A stretch of DNA of 32,000 bases from Gallaecimonas kandeliae (GTDB lineage Bacteria > Pseudomonadota > Gammaproteobacteria > Enterobacterales > Gallaecimonadaceae), in the NCBI RefSeq assembly GCF_030450055.1, contig NZ_CP118480.1, positions 801,415 to 833,414 of the forward strand, written 5' to 3'. Under the pieces are notes generated by a model. The model was not told the DNA's origin. It worked only from the letters and a program-made list of their open reading frames with translations, and did not search any database. Each line of letters begins with the position of its first letter. Within the stretch, counting starts at the first letter, position 1. Positions 6,147 through 15,468 of the stretch are shown piece by piece. Position numbers and translations under genes: made by a program.

Positions 6147-7235
6147 TTACTGCCGGCGTTGCCAGAAGGGCTCCTGGCTGAATCGCCTGGGGCCCTGGTA
6201 GCTGGCCTTGAGGTGCCAGAGGTAGCGCTGGGTTACCGCCTGCATCTCCTGTTGGTAGGCGCCGAGGCCAAGGTCGGGATGATCCAGGCCGGCCTTGATC
6301 GCCTTAGTGGCGCTGGCCGCCGACGCGAGGGAGTGGAAGATCCCCTGGGAGGCGATGGGGTCGAAGGCCAACAGCGCATCTCCTATGGCCAAAAAACCGG
6401 GCCCAGCCTTGGGCAATTCCTCTACCGGCAACAGGGAAGTGCCAGCTGCCCGGCAGCGCAGCTGGGCCGGGGGGAGATCTGCCAGCACCTCGGCCAGCAG
6501 CGGGTGCTGCCTGGCCTTGGCGAGGAAGGCCTCGGGGCGGCGCAACTGGCGGCCTTGGGGATCATCCCCGTCCAGGTGGTAGGCCAGCACCCGTTGCCCT
6601 TGTGGCAGGGGCACTGTGTACCACCAGCCCTGGGCATCGGCCTGGAGGCGCAGGGTGCTGTCCTGGCGTTGAGATCCTTGCTCCAGGAAGCTGTAGAGGC
6701 AGAGCAGGGGATCCCCTGACTGGCGCTTGAGCCCCAGCTGGCGCCCCAGGCTGCCGCTGCGGCCGGTGGCGTCCACCAGCACTGGGGCCTGGAACCGGCC
6801 TTGGGGTGTTGCCAGTTGCCATAGGCCCTGGTGGTGGCGGATGTCGCTCGGGGCGCAGCCTTCCAACAAGTCAGCACCGGCCTCCAGGGCCCGTTGGCGC
6901 AGCATGGCTTCGAAACGGCCCCTGTCCAGGTGCCAGCCTGGGCCGGCCGGGTCGCGGATGGCGTCCTGCCACACCGGGCTCTCCTGGTCCCAGACGGCAA
7001 CGGCGCCGCCCCTTTCCCTGTGCCCCGCCTGCTGGAAGCGCTCCCAGAGTTGCAGGCGCTGCAACAGCACGGCCGTGGCGCCGGGCAGGGATTCGCCGAT
7101 GGGCGGGGCCTTGGCCGGCTGGGCGCGGCGCTCCAGCACCAGCACCCGCAGCTCCGGCCTGAGCATGGTGGCCAGGGCCAGGCCGGCCGGGCCAGCCCCG
7201 ACGATGATGGCGTCGAAGTGGCCTTGGCCTGCCAT
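6147..7235 (-). CDS. LodB-like FAD-dependent flavoprotein (putative CTQ-cofactor maturase of the upstream quinoprotein)
   Basis: N-terminal dinucleotide fold DAIIVGAGPAGLALA. C-terminal flavoprotein GD motif FLAIGDALLAFDPIASQG. The ATG at 7235 shares one nt with the lodA-like TGA (TGATG); the ORF track shows TTG at 7238. Synteny lodA-like then lodB-like. Confidence 0.85.
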   Translation of the reverse strand: MAGQGHFDAIIVGAGPAGLALATMLRPELRVLVLERRAQPAKAPPIGESLPGATAVLLQRLQLWERFQQAGHRERGGAVAVWDQESPVWQDAIRDPAGPGWHLDRGRFEAMLRQRALEAGADLLEGCAPSDIRHHQGLWQLATPQGRFQAPVLVDATGRSGSLGRQLGLKRQSGDPLLCLYSFLEQGSQRQDSTLRLQADAQGWWYTVPLPQGQRVLAYHLDGDDPQGRQLRRPEAFLAKARQHPLLAEVLADLPPAQLRCRAAGTSLLPVEELPKAGPGFLAIGDALLAFDPIASQGIFHSLASAASATKAIKAGLDHPDLGLGAYQQEMQAVTQRYLWHLKASYQGPRRFSQEPFWQRRQ

Positions 7236-9076
7236 CAATCGCGGCGCCGCTGGTTGATCAGCAGCTTGCGCATGCCCTTGTCGGTGTCATGGCGTTCCTG
7301 GGCTGTCATGGCCTGGCCGCCCCTGTCTTCCACCTGCATCACCGGCGGGAAGTCGGGGTCGCCCTGCACCCCGGGACGTACTTCCACCACCCCCATGTCG
7401 TCGAAGTGGGCCACCATGTTGGCGAGCTGGTTCTGGTAGCCCACCCCCAGGGTGCGGTCCCAGTCGGCCCTTTGTTGGTAGGCCGCCAGGCGCTCGGCTC
7501 GCGGCAGCGAACTGTCGATCACCTTGAGGTAGTTCTGTTCGCTCAGCACCTGGTTGGGCACCCGGGCCGGCCAGAAGGTGGGCAGGTAGGGGTCGTATTC
7601 CCTGTCGTAGCCGGAGCGGCAGCTGGCGGTATCGGTCTGCCAGGGGATGGCCATCCAACGGGTGATGGAGCCCGGCGACTGGCCGTACAGCGGGCCGTTA
7701 TAGGACAGGGCCATGGCCGGGGTCAGGGTGGTGCCATAATCCGGCTCAGGGTCACGGCCGTCGCGGTGGCGCAGCCGGTAGGGTTCCATGTACAGGGTGC
7801 TGTGCCGCACCGGCCAGGTCATCTCGCAGCCGGGGTGGAAGGCGTCGGCGATGCAGAATTCCAGGGCCGCCTTGTCCAGCATGGCCGGCTGCTCGGCCAA
7901 GGGCACCTGATCGATGCTGTGCGGCGGCTGGTGGTTGGGGTCGTAGTCCGCCTCAAAGTCCCCTTCTGCCCACTTGTCCAAGAGGGCCAACTGGGTGCGG
8001 GTGAGGGCGTTCATGGCGGCCGGCACCGGCGGCATGGGGATGTTCATGGCATCGCCGTAGACCCAGGGCCAGGGCTTCATGGAGATGTCGCCATCGTCCG
8101 GGTTGCGGAAGCTGTTGGCGACGGTGCGCCGCAATTCGGCATAGTTATCCCCCGGCTCGGCCAACTGGTGGAGGTAGCGGGGCTCGAGGAAATGCTGGGG
8201 CATGCCGTACCCGAAGCCGGCGTTGAAACCGGCGTTCATCCACTGCAGATCGCACATGGCCTTGAGGATGGGAAGGATGTCGTCGGTGAAGGAGGGCCTG
8301 ACCGGGGCCGGCAGCTGGCCGGCCTGGATGGCGACGTCCGTCATCAGCGCATAGAGGGTGCGCACCGATTTCTGCTGGGGGCCGTAGTTGGGAGGGGCTA
8401 CTACTACCCAGGCAGGAGCCACTTCCAGTGTCCGGCCATCCACCACCACCTTGGCCGTCACAGGGCCGTCGCTGGTGTCGTCATACCAGCCGTCGTTGTT
8501 GGCGAAAGTGGTGGGGGCCTGGCCCAGATAAGAGGCGGACTTGCCGTGGCCGCCGAAAACCAGCAGCCGGCCCTGGGGGTCGGTGCGCAGCTCCCCCAGG
8601 GGCACTTCGGTGCCCATGAAGGTGCCACCGTTGAACAGGTATTCGGGGCCCATGTCGGAGGCCATGTTGATGCTGCGCGGGCCTGGGGTGATGGCCAGCT
8701 GGTGCCTTTCTGGCAGCGGGATCTTGGCGTTACGGCGGGTGGAGGGGGCCGCCGCCGCTGCCTCCGGGATATCCAAGGCCAGTTCGAAGTTGTACCAGGC
8801 GGCCTTGTGGTTGGCCAGTTCCACCGACCAGGTGATCTGGGTGGACTCGTCCATGGTCAGTTCCCGCACCACCTTGCCTTGGCCGTCGTAGCCGTAGATG
8901 CGGAACTGGGCCACCTCGCGCTTGAGTGCACCGCTGGCGTCCCGATAGAAACCGGGCTCCTGGGGGTAGGGCTCCGTAACTTGGGGGCCCAGGTAGAAGC
9001 CGTTGGTGTCCTTGGAATTGCCGACCCGGGCTATGCCGATAGCGGGGTGGATCTTGGCGTAGGCTATTTCGCCCAT
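7235..9076 (-). CDS. LodA/GoxA-family CTQ-dependent amino-acid oxidase (613 aa)
   Basis: N-terminus KIHPAIGIARVGNS, and later FHPGCEMTWP and WMAIPWQTDTASC, are the hallmark blocks I recall for LodA-like quinoproteins (the Cys and Trp that form cysteine tryptophylquinone). Strong SD AAGGAG. Confidence 0.88.
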   Translation of the reverse strand: MGEIAYAKIHPAIGIARVGNSKDTNGFYLGPQVTEPYPQEPGFYRDASGALKREVAQFRIYGYDGQGKVVRELTMDESTQITWSVELANHKAAWYNFELALDIPEAAAAAPSTRRNAKIPLPERHQLAITPGPRSINMASDMGPEYLFNGGTFMGTEVPLGELRTDPQGRLLVFGGHGKSASYLGQAPTTFANNDGWYDDTSDGPVTAKVVVDGRTLEVAPAWVVVAPPNYGPQQKSVRTLYALMTDVAIQAGQLPAPVRPSFTDDILPILKAMCDLQWMNAGFNAGFGYGMPQHFLEPRYLHQLAEPGDNYAELRRTVANSFRNPDDGDISMKPWPWVYGDAMNIPMPPVPAAMNALTRTQLALLDKWAEGDFEADYDPNHQPPHSIDQVPLAEQPAMLDKAALEFCIADAFHPGCEMTWPVRHSTLYMEPYRLRHRDGRDPEPDYGTTLTPAMALSYNGPLYGQSPGSITRWMAIPWQTDTASCRSGYDREYDPYLPTFWPARVPNQVLSEQNYLKVIDSSLPRAERLAAYQQRADWDRTLGVGYQNQLANMVAHFDDMGVVEVRPGVQGDPDFPPVMQVEDRGGQAMTAQERHDTDKGMRKLLINQRRRD

Positions 9077-9228
9077 CTGTCACTCCTTTGTCCTGGTGGT
9101 TTCCGGCTTGGCCTTGGCCCTGCGGGCACAGGCCTAAGCCCTGGTCATCCCTGAAAGCGACAGCCTGACGGTTCAGAGGTGGGTTTTATAAAAAGATACG
9201 ATAAAACAAAGTCTTGTCTATCCGTATT

Positions 9229-9711
9229 TCAAGCCTGTTCCAGCCCGGCGATGTCGAGCTTCTTCATTTGCAGCAGGGCCTGCATCACCCTGGGGGCCCG
9301 GGTGGGGTCCGCCATCAGTTCCGGTAGGCGCCTCGGCACCACCTGCCAGCTGAGTCCGAAGCGGTCCTTCAGCCAGCCACATTGTTGGGACTCAACAGGG
9401 CCATCCTGGCCAAGGGCCTCCCAGAAATAATCGATCTCCTGCTGGGTGTCGCAGCACAGCTGCAGGGAAATGGCCTCGTTGAGTTTGAAGGCGGGCCCGC
9501 CGTTCAGCGCCGTAAAGGCCTGGCCGTCCAGTTCAAAGGCAACTGTCATGACACTCCCTGCTGGCCTGTGGTGGATCTCCTGGCCTGCGTCGGGATAACG
9601 GGTAATGGCAGTCAGGGCGGCATTGGGAAAGACGCTGCAGTAGAAGCGGGCGGCCGTTTCGGCCTGATCATCGAACCAGAGGCAGGGGACTATGGATTGG
9701 AGCTGTGCCAT
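9229..9711 (-). CDS. PhnB-like VOC-superfamily protein (3-demethylubiquinone methyltransferase-domain type), 160 aa
   Basis: MAQLQSIVPCLWFDDQAETAARFY... and ...QQCGWLKDRFGLSWQVVP blocks. ORF-track start 9849 trimmed to ATG 9711, which is preceded by GAAAGGA. Confidence 0.85.
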   Translation of the reverse strand: MAQLQSIVPCLWFDDQAETAARFYCSVFPNAALTAITRYPDAGQEIHHRPAGSVMTVAFELDGQAFTALNGGPAFKLNEAISLQLCCDTQQEIDYFWEALGQDGPVESQQCGWLKDRFGLSWQVVPRRLPELMADPTRAPRVMQALLQMKKLDIAGLEQA

Positions 9712-9841
9712 GGGAGTTCCTTTCTCAAAGCGGGCATTTAAGGGTAGCGCAGAAAAGAAACAGTGCGGTGCGCAGATGCCATCCCTGGCCCGCTCGCTTT
9801 TGGCTATGCTGGGGTGGCTTTCCAACCACAAGGACGAGACC

Positions 9842-10489
9842 ATGCCCATTCTTTACGGTGTACCCATGTCATCCTTTGTGCGCAAGGCCATGCTGGCCCT
9901 GACCCATAAAGGCATTTCCTACCGCTTCCAGCCCGCCATTCCCGGCAGTGACGATGCTGACTTCCGGGAGGCCAGCCCCCTCGGCAAGGTGCCGGCGTTC
10001 CGTACCGACGACGGTTTCGGCTTTGCCGACTCTTCGGTGATCATCGCCTACCTGGAGAAGACGAACAGCAACAACAGCCTCTATCCGGCGGCGGCCAACG
10101 ACTATGCCTGGGCCCTCTGGCTGGAAGAATACGGCGACACCAGGATGATGGAGGCCACCGGCGGGCTCTACTTCCAGAAGGTCATAGGCCCGGCCTACTT
10201 CGGCCATACGACGGATCCGGAGCGGGTCAGGGAGCTGAGCGAAAAGCTGGTGCCGGCGGTGCTGGACTACATGGAGTCCCAACTCAGGCAAGGGGCCTGG
10301 CTGGTGGGGGACGAACTCAGCGTGGCCGATCTGGCCCTGGCCTCCAACCTGGCCAACCTCCACTACTGCGACTACGACATCAGCCCGGCCCGCTGGCCCA
10401 AGCTGGCGGACTTCAAGGCCCGCCTCTGGGCCCTGCCCTTGATGCAGGCGCAGATGGAGCTGGAGGCCCAGGCCTTCGCCATGGCCTGA
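9842..10489 (+). CDS. Glutathione S-transferase family protein (215 aa)
   Basis: MPILYGVPMSSFVRKAMLAL...PLGKVPAF is an N-terminal thioredoxin-like GST fold, followed by a helical C-terminal domain. Start trimmed to ATG 9842, which has the SD AAGGACGAG. Confidence 0.85.
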   Translation: MPILYGVPMSSFVRKAMLALTHKGISYRFQPAIPGSDDADFREASPLGKVPAFRTDDGFGFADSSVIIAYLEKTNSNNSLYPAAANDYAWALWLEEYGDTRMMEATGGLYFQKVIGPAYFGHTTDPERVRELSEKLVPAVLDYMESQLRQGAWLVGDELSVADLALASNLANLHYCDYDISPARWPKLADFKARLWALPLMQAQMELEAQAFAMA

Positions 10490-10951
10490 TCAGCCGGTGT
10501 TGATGCGGGTGTCGAACTTCTCCCTTTTCAAGGAGATCAGGGTGCGGAACTTCTTGAGGTTGGCCTCGGCGTACAGCACCCTGTCGCAGAAGGCCTCGTA
10601 GGAAGGCATGTCCGGCACCATGCAGATCAGCACGAAATCCACCTCCCCCGTGACCTGGTAGCATTGCTTGACCTCGGGGGAGGCCAGGGCCCGCTGCAAG
10701 AAGCGCTGGTTCATGGCCTTGTTGTCCCGCTCCATCTCCACCTCCACCACCATGTGCAGGTAGGGCCCGAACTTCTCCGGCACCAACAGTGCCACCTCTT
10801 TCTGGATATAGCCCTGAGCCTTAAGGCGTTTCACCCGCTTCAGGCAGGCCGGCGGCGACAGCCCCACCTGCTGGGCCAGTTGCAGGTTGGTCTGGCTGCA
10901 GTCGCTTTGCAGGCTGCTGAGGATGGCTTTGTCGATACGGTCCAATGGCAT
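10490..10951 (-). CDS. Lrp/AsnC-family transcriptional regulator
   Basis: LDRIDKAILSSLQSDCSQTNLQLAQQVGLSPPACLKRVKRLKAQGYI is a winged helix-turn-helix, followed by a RAM/AsnC_trans_reg C-terminal domain. Confidence 0.9.
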   Translation of the reverse strand: MPLDRIDKAILSSLQSDCSQTNLQLAQQVGLSPPACLKRVKRLKAQGYIQKEVALLVPEKFGPYLHMVVEVEMERDNKAMNQRFLQRALASPEVKQCYQVTGEVDFVLICMVPDMPSYEAFCDRVLYAEANLKKFRTLISLKREKFDTRINTG

Positions 10952-11094
10952 AGGAGTGGGTTAATAAAGTTTCTTTTTTGTCTTTATAAAAGAATTTAAG
11001 AAAAAGGGAAGGGCGTTTTTGACGACATATTTTTCGGCCTCCTTCCTAGAATAGCGATCTCTCCCAGGCCCCTGGCTGCCACTAGGAAGATCCC

Positions 11095-12087
11095 ATGCCC
11101 CTGCTCAAGTCCGTGTTCTCAGAAGCCTTCGCCATAGGGCGCCGTGCCGCCAGCCTCTACCTGATGCTGCTGAAGATCATGGTGCCGGCCCTGGTGATCA
11201 TCAAGGCCCTGGATCTGCTGGGATGCACCCAGTGGCTGGCCTGGCTACTGTCGCCGCTGATGCAGCTGATGGGCCTGCCCGACAGCCTGGGTGTGGTCTG
11301 GGCCACTGTCATGCTCACCAACATCTACACCGCCATGGTGGTGTTCTTCCAAGTGGCGGGCAGCGAGCCTTTGACCACGGCCCAACTCACAGTGCTGGGC
11401 AGCCTGATGCTGCTGGCCCACTTCCTGCCGGTGGAAGGGGCCGTGGCCAGGCGCGCCGGCGTGCCCTGGCACCTGACCCTGATGCTGCGCATCGGCGGCG
11501 CCCTGTTGCTCGGCAGCCTGCTCAACGCCCTTTATTCCGCCACCGGTTGGCTGCAGGAGCCGGGCACCGTGCTTTGGCCCTTCCGGGACGGCGGCGAGGC
11601 GGGCCTGGTGGCCTGGGGGCTGGGTCAGCTCAAAACCCTGCTGTGGATATTGCCCACCATAGCGGCGCTGCTGACCCTGCTTCGGCTGCTTCATCTCTTG
11701 GGCATAGAGAAGGCCATCCATTGGCTGCTGTTCCCGCTGTTGCGGCTGATGGGCATAGGCCGGGCGGCGGCCAATGTCACCATAGTCGGGGTGACCCTGG
11801 GGCTGACCTACGGTGCCGGCATGCTGATCGAGGAGGCCCGTTCCGGCAAACTGAGCCGGCGCGACGTCATGCTGACCTTGGCCTTCCTGGGGCTTTGCCA
11901 CAGCGTCATCGAAGACACCCTGCTGGTGCTGCTGGTGGGGGCCGATCTCAGCGGCATCCTCTGGGCCAGGCTGGCCTTTGCTGTGCTGGTGGTCAGCCTG
12001 CTGGCCAGGCTGCCTTGGCCGGGACGGCGCCGGGTGCCCGCATCCGCCGAATTGGACAGTCCCGTTAAGCTTGAAAGCGAAGGGTGA
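11095..12087 (+). CDS. Polytopic membrane protein with nucleoside-recognition (Gate)-like domains
   Basis: 330 aa with multiple TM segments. The N-terminal pattern ...LKIMVPALVIIKALDLLG...LSPLMQLMGLP resembles Gate-domain proteins. Divergent from the Lrp-like regulator. Confidence 0.8.
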   Translation: MPLLKSVFSEAFAIGRRAASLYLMLLKIMVPALVIIKALDLLGCTQWLAWLLSPLMQLMGLPDSLGVVWATVMLTNIYTAMVVFFQVAGSEPLTTAQLTVLGSLMLLAHFLPVEGAVARRAGVPWHLTLMLRIGGALLLGSLLNALYSATGWLQEPGTVLWPFRDGGEAGLVAWGLGQLKTLLWILPTIAALLTLLRLLHLLGIEKAIHWLLFPLLRLMGIGRAAANVTIVGVTLGLTYGAGMLIEEARSGKLSRRDVMLTLAFLGLCHSVIEDTLLVLLVGADLSGILWARLAFAVLVVSLLARLPWPGRRRVPASAELDSPVKLESEG

Positions 12088-12220
12088 TGCTGGTTTTGCC
12101 AGGCTGTTAAGCGCGCGCCCCTGGGCTGGCCGGAGCGGCATTTTGTCTCTTTTATTTCAAGAAACGCCCGATGTGGCCGACTCTTGTTGACAGGATCCCT
12201 CTTCGATTTGGGCAAAGCAC

Positions 12221-14140
12221 ATGAGCCGTTTTTTGGAAAACCTGTCGGTCGCGGCCAAGTTGGGCTGGGGCTTCGGCATAGTGCTGCTGCTGACCATAGT
12301 GGTGGCCGGGGCCGGTAGCCGGGGCCTGGGCGCCGTCATGGATCGCAGCGAAAAAGTGGGGATCGGCGGCCAGCTCAACAAGATGTTGATGGACGCCGAA
12401 CTCAGCCGCCGCGACTTCCTTGTGTCGGGCAGCCAGGAAGACGCCGACCGCCTTGACGGTGCCGTGACGCGTATCAAGCAGGAAGTGGACGCCAAGGCCG
12501 GGCTCTTCAGCGTTCCCCAAGACAAGGCCCGCCTGGCCGCCGTCGACAAGCTGGCCGGCCAATACCGCCAGGATTTCGGCCAGCTCAAGCAGCTGTTCAA
12601 GGACAAGGCGGCCATCCGCGGCAGTTGGGTCAAGGTGGGCAACACCATGGTCGGCAAGCTCAACGACCTCAATGCCAGTCTCAGCCAGATGGCCGAACTT
12701 ACCGCCGACGAGGCCCTGGTCCGCAACGCCCTTATCGCCGGCCAGATCAACCAGCAGGTCGCCATGCTGCGCTACCACATGCGCGGCTACATCTTCGACG
12801 GCAGCGCCAAGAACCTGGACGCCGCCGTCAGCACCATGGCCGCCATCGAGAAGTCGGCCGCCACCCTCAACATCGGCGGCGGTGATCAGGCCACCCTGGA
12901 CCAGGCCCTGCAGGCCCTGTCCGGTTATCGCGACCATGTGAAGCGGCTCAACAAGGTGGTGGACCAGATGGCCGAGCTGCACCGGCGCCTTGACGGCGAC
13001 GCCAAGCAGTTGACCGAGCAGATGGACGAGTTGGTCCAGGGGCAGTCGCAAAAGCGCCTGGCCGACGGCCGGCAGGCCACCTGGCTGCTGTTGGGGGTGA
13101 GCCTGGCCGCCTTGCTGCTTGGCGTCTTTGCCGCCTGGAGCATCAGCCGCCAGATAGTGCGGCCGCTGCGCGAGACGGTGAAGGTGGCCCAGACCATAGC
13201 GGACGGCAACCTGGCCACCCGTATCCACAGCCAGCGCAAGGACGAACTGGGTGAGCTGATGCTGGCCATGGCCCACATGAACGACACCCTGCGCGAGCTG
13301 ATGGGTCAGATCGGCGCCAGCGTCTCCCAACTGGCGGCTTCCGCCGGGCAGTTGTCGGCGGTGGCCGAGCAGAACAGCGCCGGCATGCAGCGCCAGCGCA
13401 GCGAGACCGATCAAGTGGCGACCGCCATCAACGAAATGACCGCCACAGTCCAGGAAGTGGCCCGCAACGCCGAACTGGCCGCCGTGGCCGCCAGCGAAGC
13501 CGACCACACCACCCAGCAGGGCAACCAGGTGGTGGCCAGGGCCGTCCAGCAGATAGAGTTGCTGGCCAGGGAGGTGGGGAGCTCTGCCCAGTCCATGGAG
13601 CAGCTCAAGAGCGAGACCGACAGCATCGGCAAGGTGCTGGACGTGATCAAGGCGGTGGCCGAGCAGACCAACCTGCTGGCCCTCAACGCCGCCATAGAGG
13701 CGGCCAGGGCCGGCGAGGCCGGGCGTGGCTTCGCGGTGGTGGCCGACGAGGTCCGTGGCCTGGCGGGCCGTACCCAGCAATCCACCCAGGAGATCGAAGC
13801 CCTGATCGCCAACCTGCAGCAAGGCAGCCAGTCCTCCTTGCTGATGATGGAGAAGAGCCGTGGCATCTCAGAAGACACTGTGGCCCTGGCCCAGGAGGCC
13901 GGCACCATGCTCGGCGAGATCGCCAACGCCGTGTCGCGGATCCAGGACATGAACCACCAGATCGCCACCGCCGCCGAAGAGCAGAGCACGGTGGCCGAGG
14001 ACATCAACCAAAGCGTGGTGCGGGTACGGGAGATCGCCGAGCAGGCGGCGGCCGCCTCGGAGGAAACGGCCAATGCCACCGAGGGCCTGGCAGGCCTCGG
14101 TGGCGAATTGCAGGGCCTGGTGGCCAGGTTCAAGATTTAA
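12221..14140 (+). CDS. Methyl-accepting chemotaxis protein with a large (~255 aa) helical periplasmic sensor
   Basis: Two TM segments, a HAMP region, and the highly conserved signalling hairpin ...[38 protein letters not shown].... Confidence 0.95.
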   Translation: MSRFLENLSVAAKLGWGFGIVLLLTIVVAGAGSRGLGAVMDRSEKVGIGGQLNKMLMDAELSRRDFLVSGSQEDADRLDGAVTRIKQEVDAKAGLFSVPQDKARLAAVDKLAGQYRQDFGQLKQLFKDKAAIRGSWVKVGNTMVGKLNDLNASLSQMAELTADEALVRNALIAGQINQQVAMLRYHMRGYIFDGSAKNLDAAVSTMAAIEKSAATLNIGGGDQATLDQALQALSGYRDHVKRLNKVVDQMAELHRRLDGDAKQLTEQMDELVQGQSQKRLADGRQATWLLLGVSLAALLLGVFAAWSISRQIVRPLRETVKVAQTIADGNLATRIHSQRKDELGELMLAMAHMNDTLRELMGQIGASVSQLAASAGQLSAVAEQNSAGMQRQRSETDQVATAINEMTATVQEVARNAELAAVAASEADHTTQQGNQVVARAVQQIELLAREVGSSAQSMEQLKSETDSIGKVLDVIKAVAEQTNLLALNAAIEAARAGEAGRGFAVVADEVRGLAGRTQQSTQEIEALIANLQQGSQSSLLMMEKSRGISEDTVALAQEAGTMLGEIANAVSRIQDMNHQIATAAEEQSTVAEDINQSVVRVREIAEQAAAASEETANATEGLAGLGGELQGLVARFKI

Positions 14141-14165
14141 AGAGGGCGGCCCGAGGCTGCCTTGT

Positions 14166-15326
14166 TTATGGCGCCAGCTTGGCCGCCACCTGGCATTTTC
14201 CCGCTTGCTTGGCCCTGTACATGGCCTGGTCGGCCAGGTGGTAGAGGTGGGGAAAGGGGGCGTCCCTGCTTGATACCACCCCGAAACTGGCGGTCACCGG
14301 GATAGGCTGCCCTGCGTGATTGAGCGGATGCGCCTTCAGCTTGTCCTTGAGCCGCTCCGCCACCCGCCGCCCTTCCTCCAGTCCCAGGCCCGGCAGCAAG
14401 ATGGCGAATTCCTCGCCGCCCTGGCGGGTAAAGGTGTCCTGGTGGCGCAGCTCCCCTTCCAGCAGCCTGGCCACGTGTTCCAGGGCCAGGTCCCCCAGCT
14501 GGTGGCCATGGTTGTCGTTGAGCAGTTTGAAGTCGTCCAGATCGAAGAGGATAAGTGCAAAATCCCCTCCTTGTTGGGCCTGGAAATGCTGGTTGAAGAC
14601 CCGCCTGTTGGCGAGGCCGGTCAGGGGATCCTGGTCGGCCAGCATACGGATACGGCTAAGAAGCTGGCCCATGGCGCAGCCGATAAGGCTGAGGTTGAGC
14701 AGCAGGAACAGCAGCAGGTAGAACCAGGTGCTGCTGGTGTCGTCCGGCGGTGGCTGGCCAGGGCGACCCGCTGTCAGCAGCATCAGCAGCCGTACCAGCA
14801 TGAACAGGCAGAGCATCACGAAGGGCCAGTTGATCCAGAGGGCGATGCCGGGCTTGAACCATTGGCGGCTGGCCTGGAAGATCTCCATCAATAGGCGGGT
14901 AAAGACATAAAAAGCGGCCAGGCTGAACCAAACCCCCAGGGGGATCTGCTGCCTTGGGCCGGCGCCAAGCACCAGTAGCCCCAGGCCGTAGAGGCCCAGC
15001 ACCAGGCTATGCTCGAGGCGGCTGGCAGGCAAAGCGAACAAGGCCTGGACGCCGCTGCGTACCAGCACGAAGGCACTGATCACCAGGAAGTCGCTGCAAA
15101 GCCAGAGCCAGGGACTGGGGTCGCCGCCTCGCAGCAACAGCATCATCACGCCTACCATCAGGCTGCTGTTGCCCAGGGCGAAGCGCCAGGAGGCCGCCGG
15201 CACCAGTTTCATGACCAGGGCCAGCACCAGCCAACCCAGCACGGCGGTGGCGCAGAGCAGGATCAGGACTTCGAAGAGGGTCGTCTGTAGCGCTGTCACC
15301 TGCCTCGCCTTCTGTTCTTGGCCCAA
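14166..15326 (-). CDS. Membrane-anchored diguanylate cyclase (GGDEF domain)
   Basis: N-terminal multi-TM region followed by a GGDEF domain (DPLTGLANRR..., RQGGEEFAILLPG). Confidence 0.9.
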   Translation of the reverse strand: MGQEQKARQVTALQTTLFEVLILLCATAVLGWLVLALVMKLVPAASWRFALGNSSLMVGVMMLLLRGGDPSPWLWLCSDFLVISAFVLVRSGVQALFALPASRLEHSLVLGLYGLGLLVLGAGPRQQIPLGVWFSLAAFYVFTRLLMEIFQASRQWFKPGIALWINWPFVMLCLFMLVRLLMLLTAGRPGQPPPDDTSSTWFYLLLFLLLNLSLIGCAMGQLLSRIRMLADQDPLTGLANRRVFNQHFQAQQGGDFALILFDLDDFKLLNDNHGHQLGDLALEHVARLLEGELRHQDTFTRQGGEEFAILLPGLGLEEGRRVAERLKDKLKAHPLNHAGQPIPVTASFGVVSSRDAPFPHLYHLADQAMYRAKQAGKCQVAAKLAP

Positions 15327-15417
15327 ACCGGGCCGGCTCCAAGCGTCACCTTACTTAACCAAAGACTAACATTGCCCTGAAGGGGGGCAACAATCTCTTT
15401 TTAGCAGAACTTGGTGT

Positions 15418-15437
15418 ACTGGTTATTTAAACAGTAC
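15418..15437. promoter_or_regulatory. LexA (SOS) box upstream of polB
   Basis: TACTGGTTATTTAAACAGTA compared with the consensus TACTGTATATATATACAGTA. CTG-N10-CAG is intact with one core mismatch. Located 32-51 nt upstream of the polB start. Confidence 0.75.
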
Positions 15438-15468
15438 ACTGTGGCCATGCCAGCAAGAGGAATACAGG

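Noticed and set aside
7289-9154. 621-aa ORF on the plus strand
   Set aside because: It is entirely antisense to the LodA-like gene. The Gly/Val/His/Arg-rich composition is typical of a shadow frame in high-GC DNA, it has no recognisable motif, and the opposite strand has clear family hallmarks.
12152-13822. 556-aa ORF on the minus strand
   Set aside because: It is antisense to the methyl-accepting chemotaxis protein gene. It is a low-complexity G/L/H/A-rich shadow ORF.
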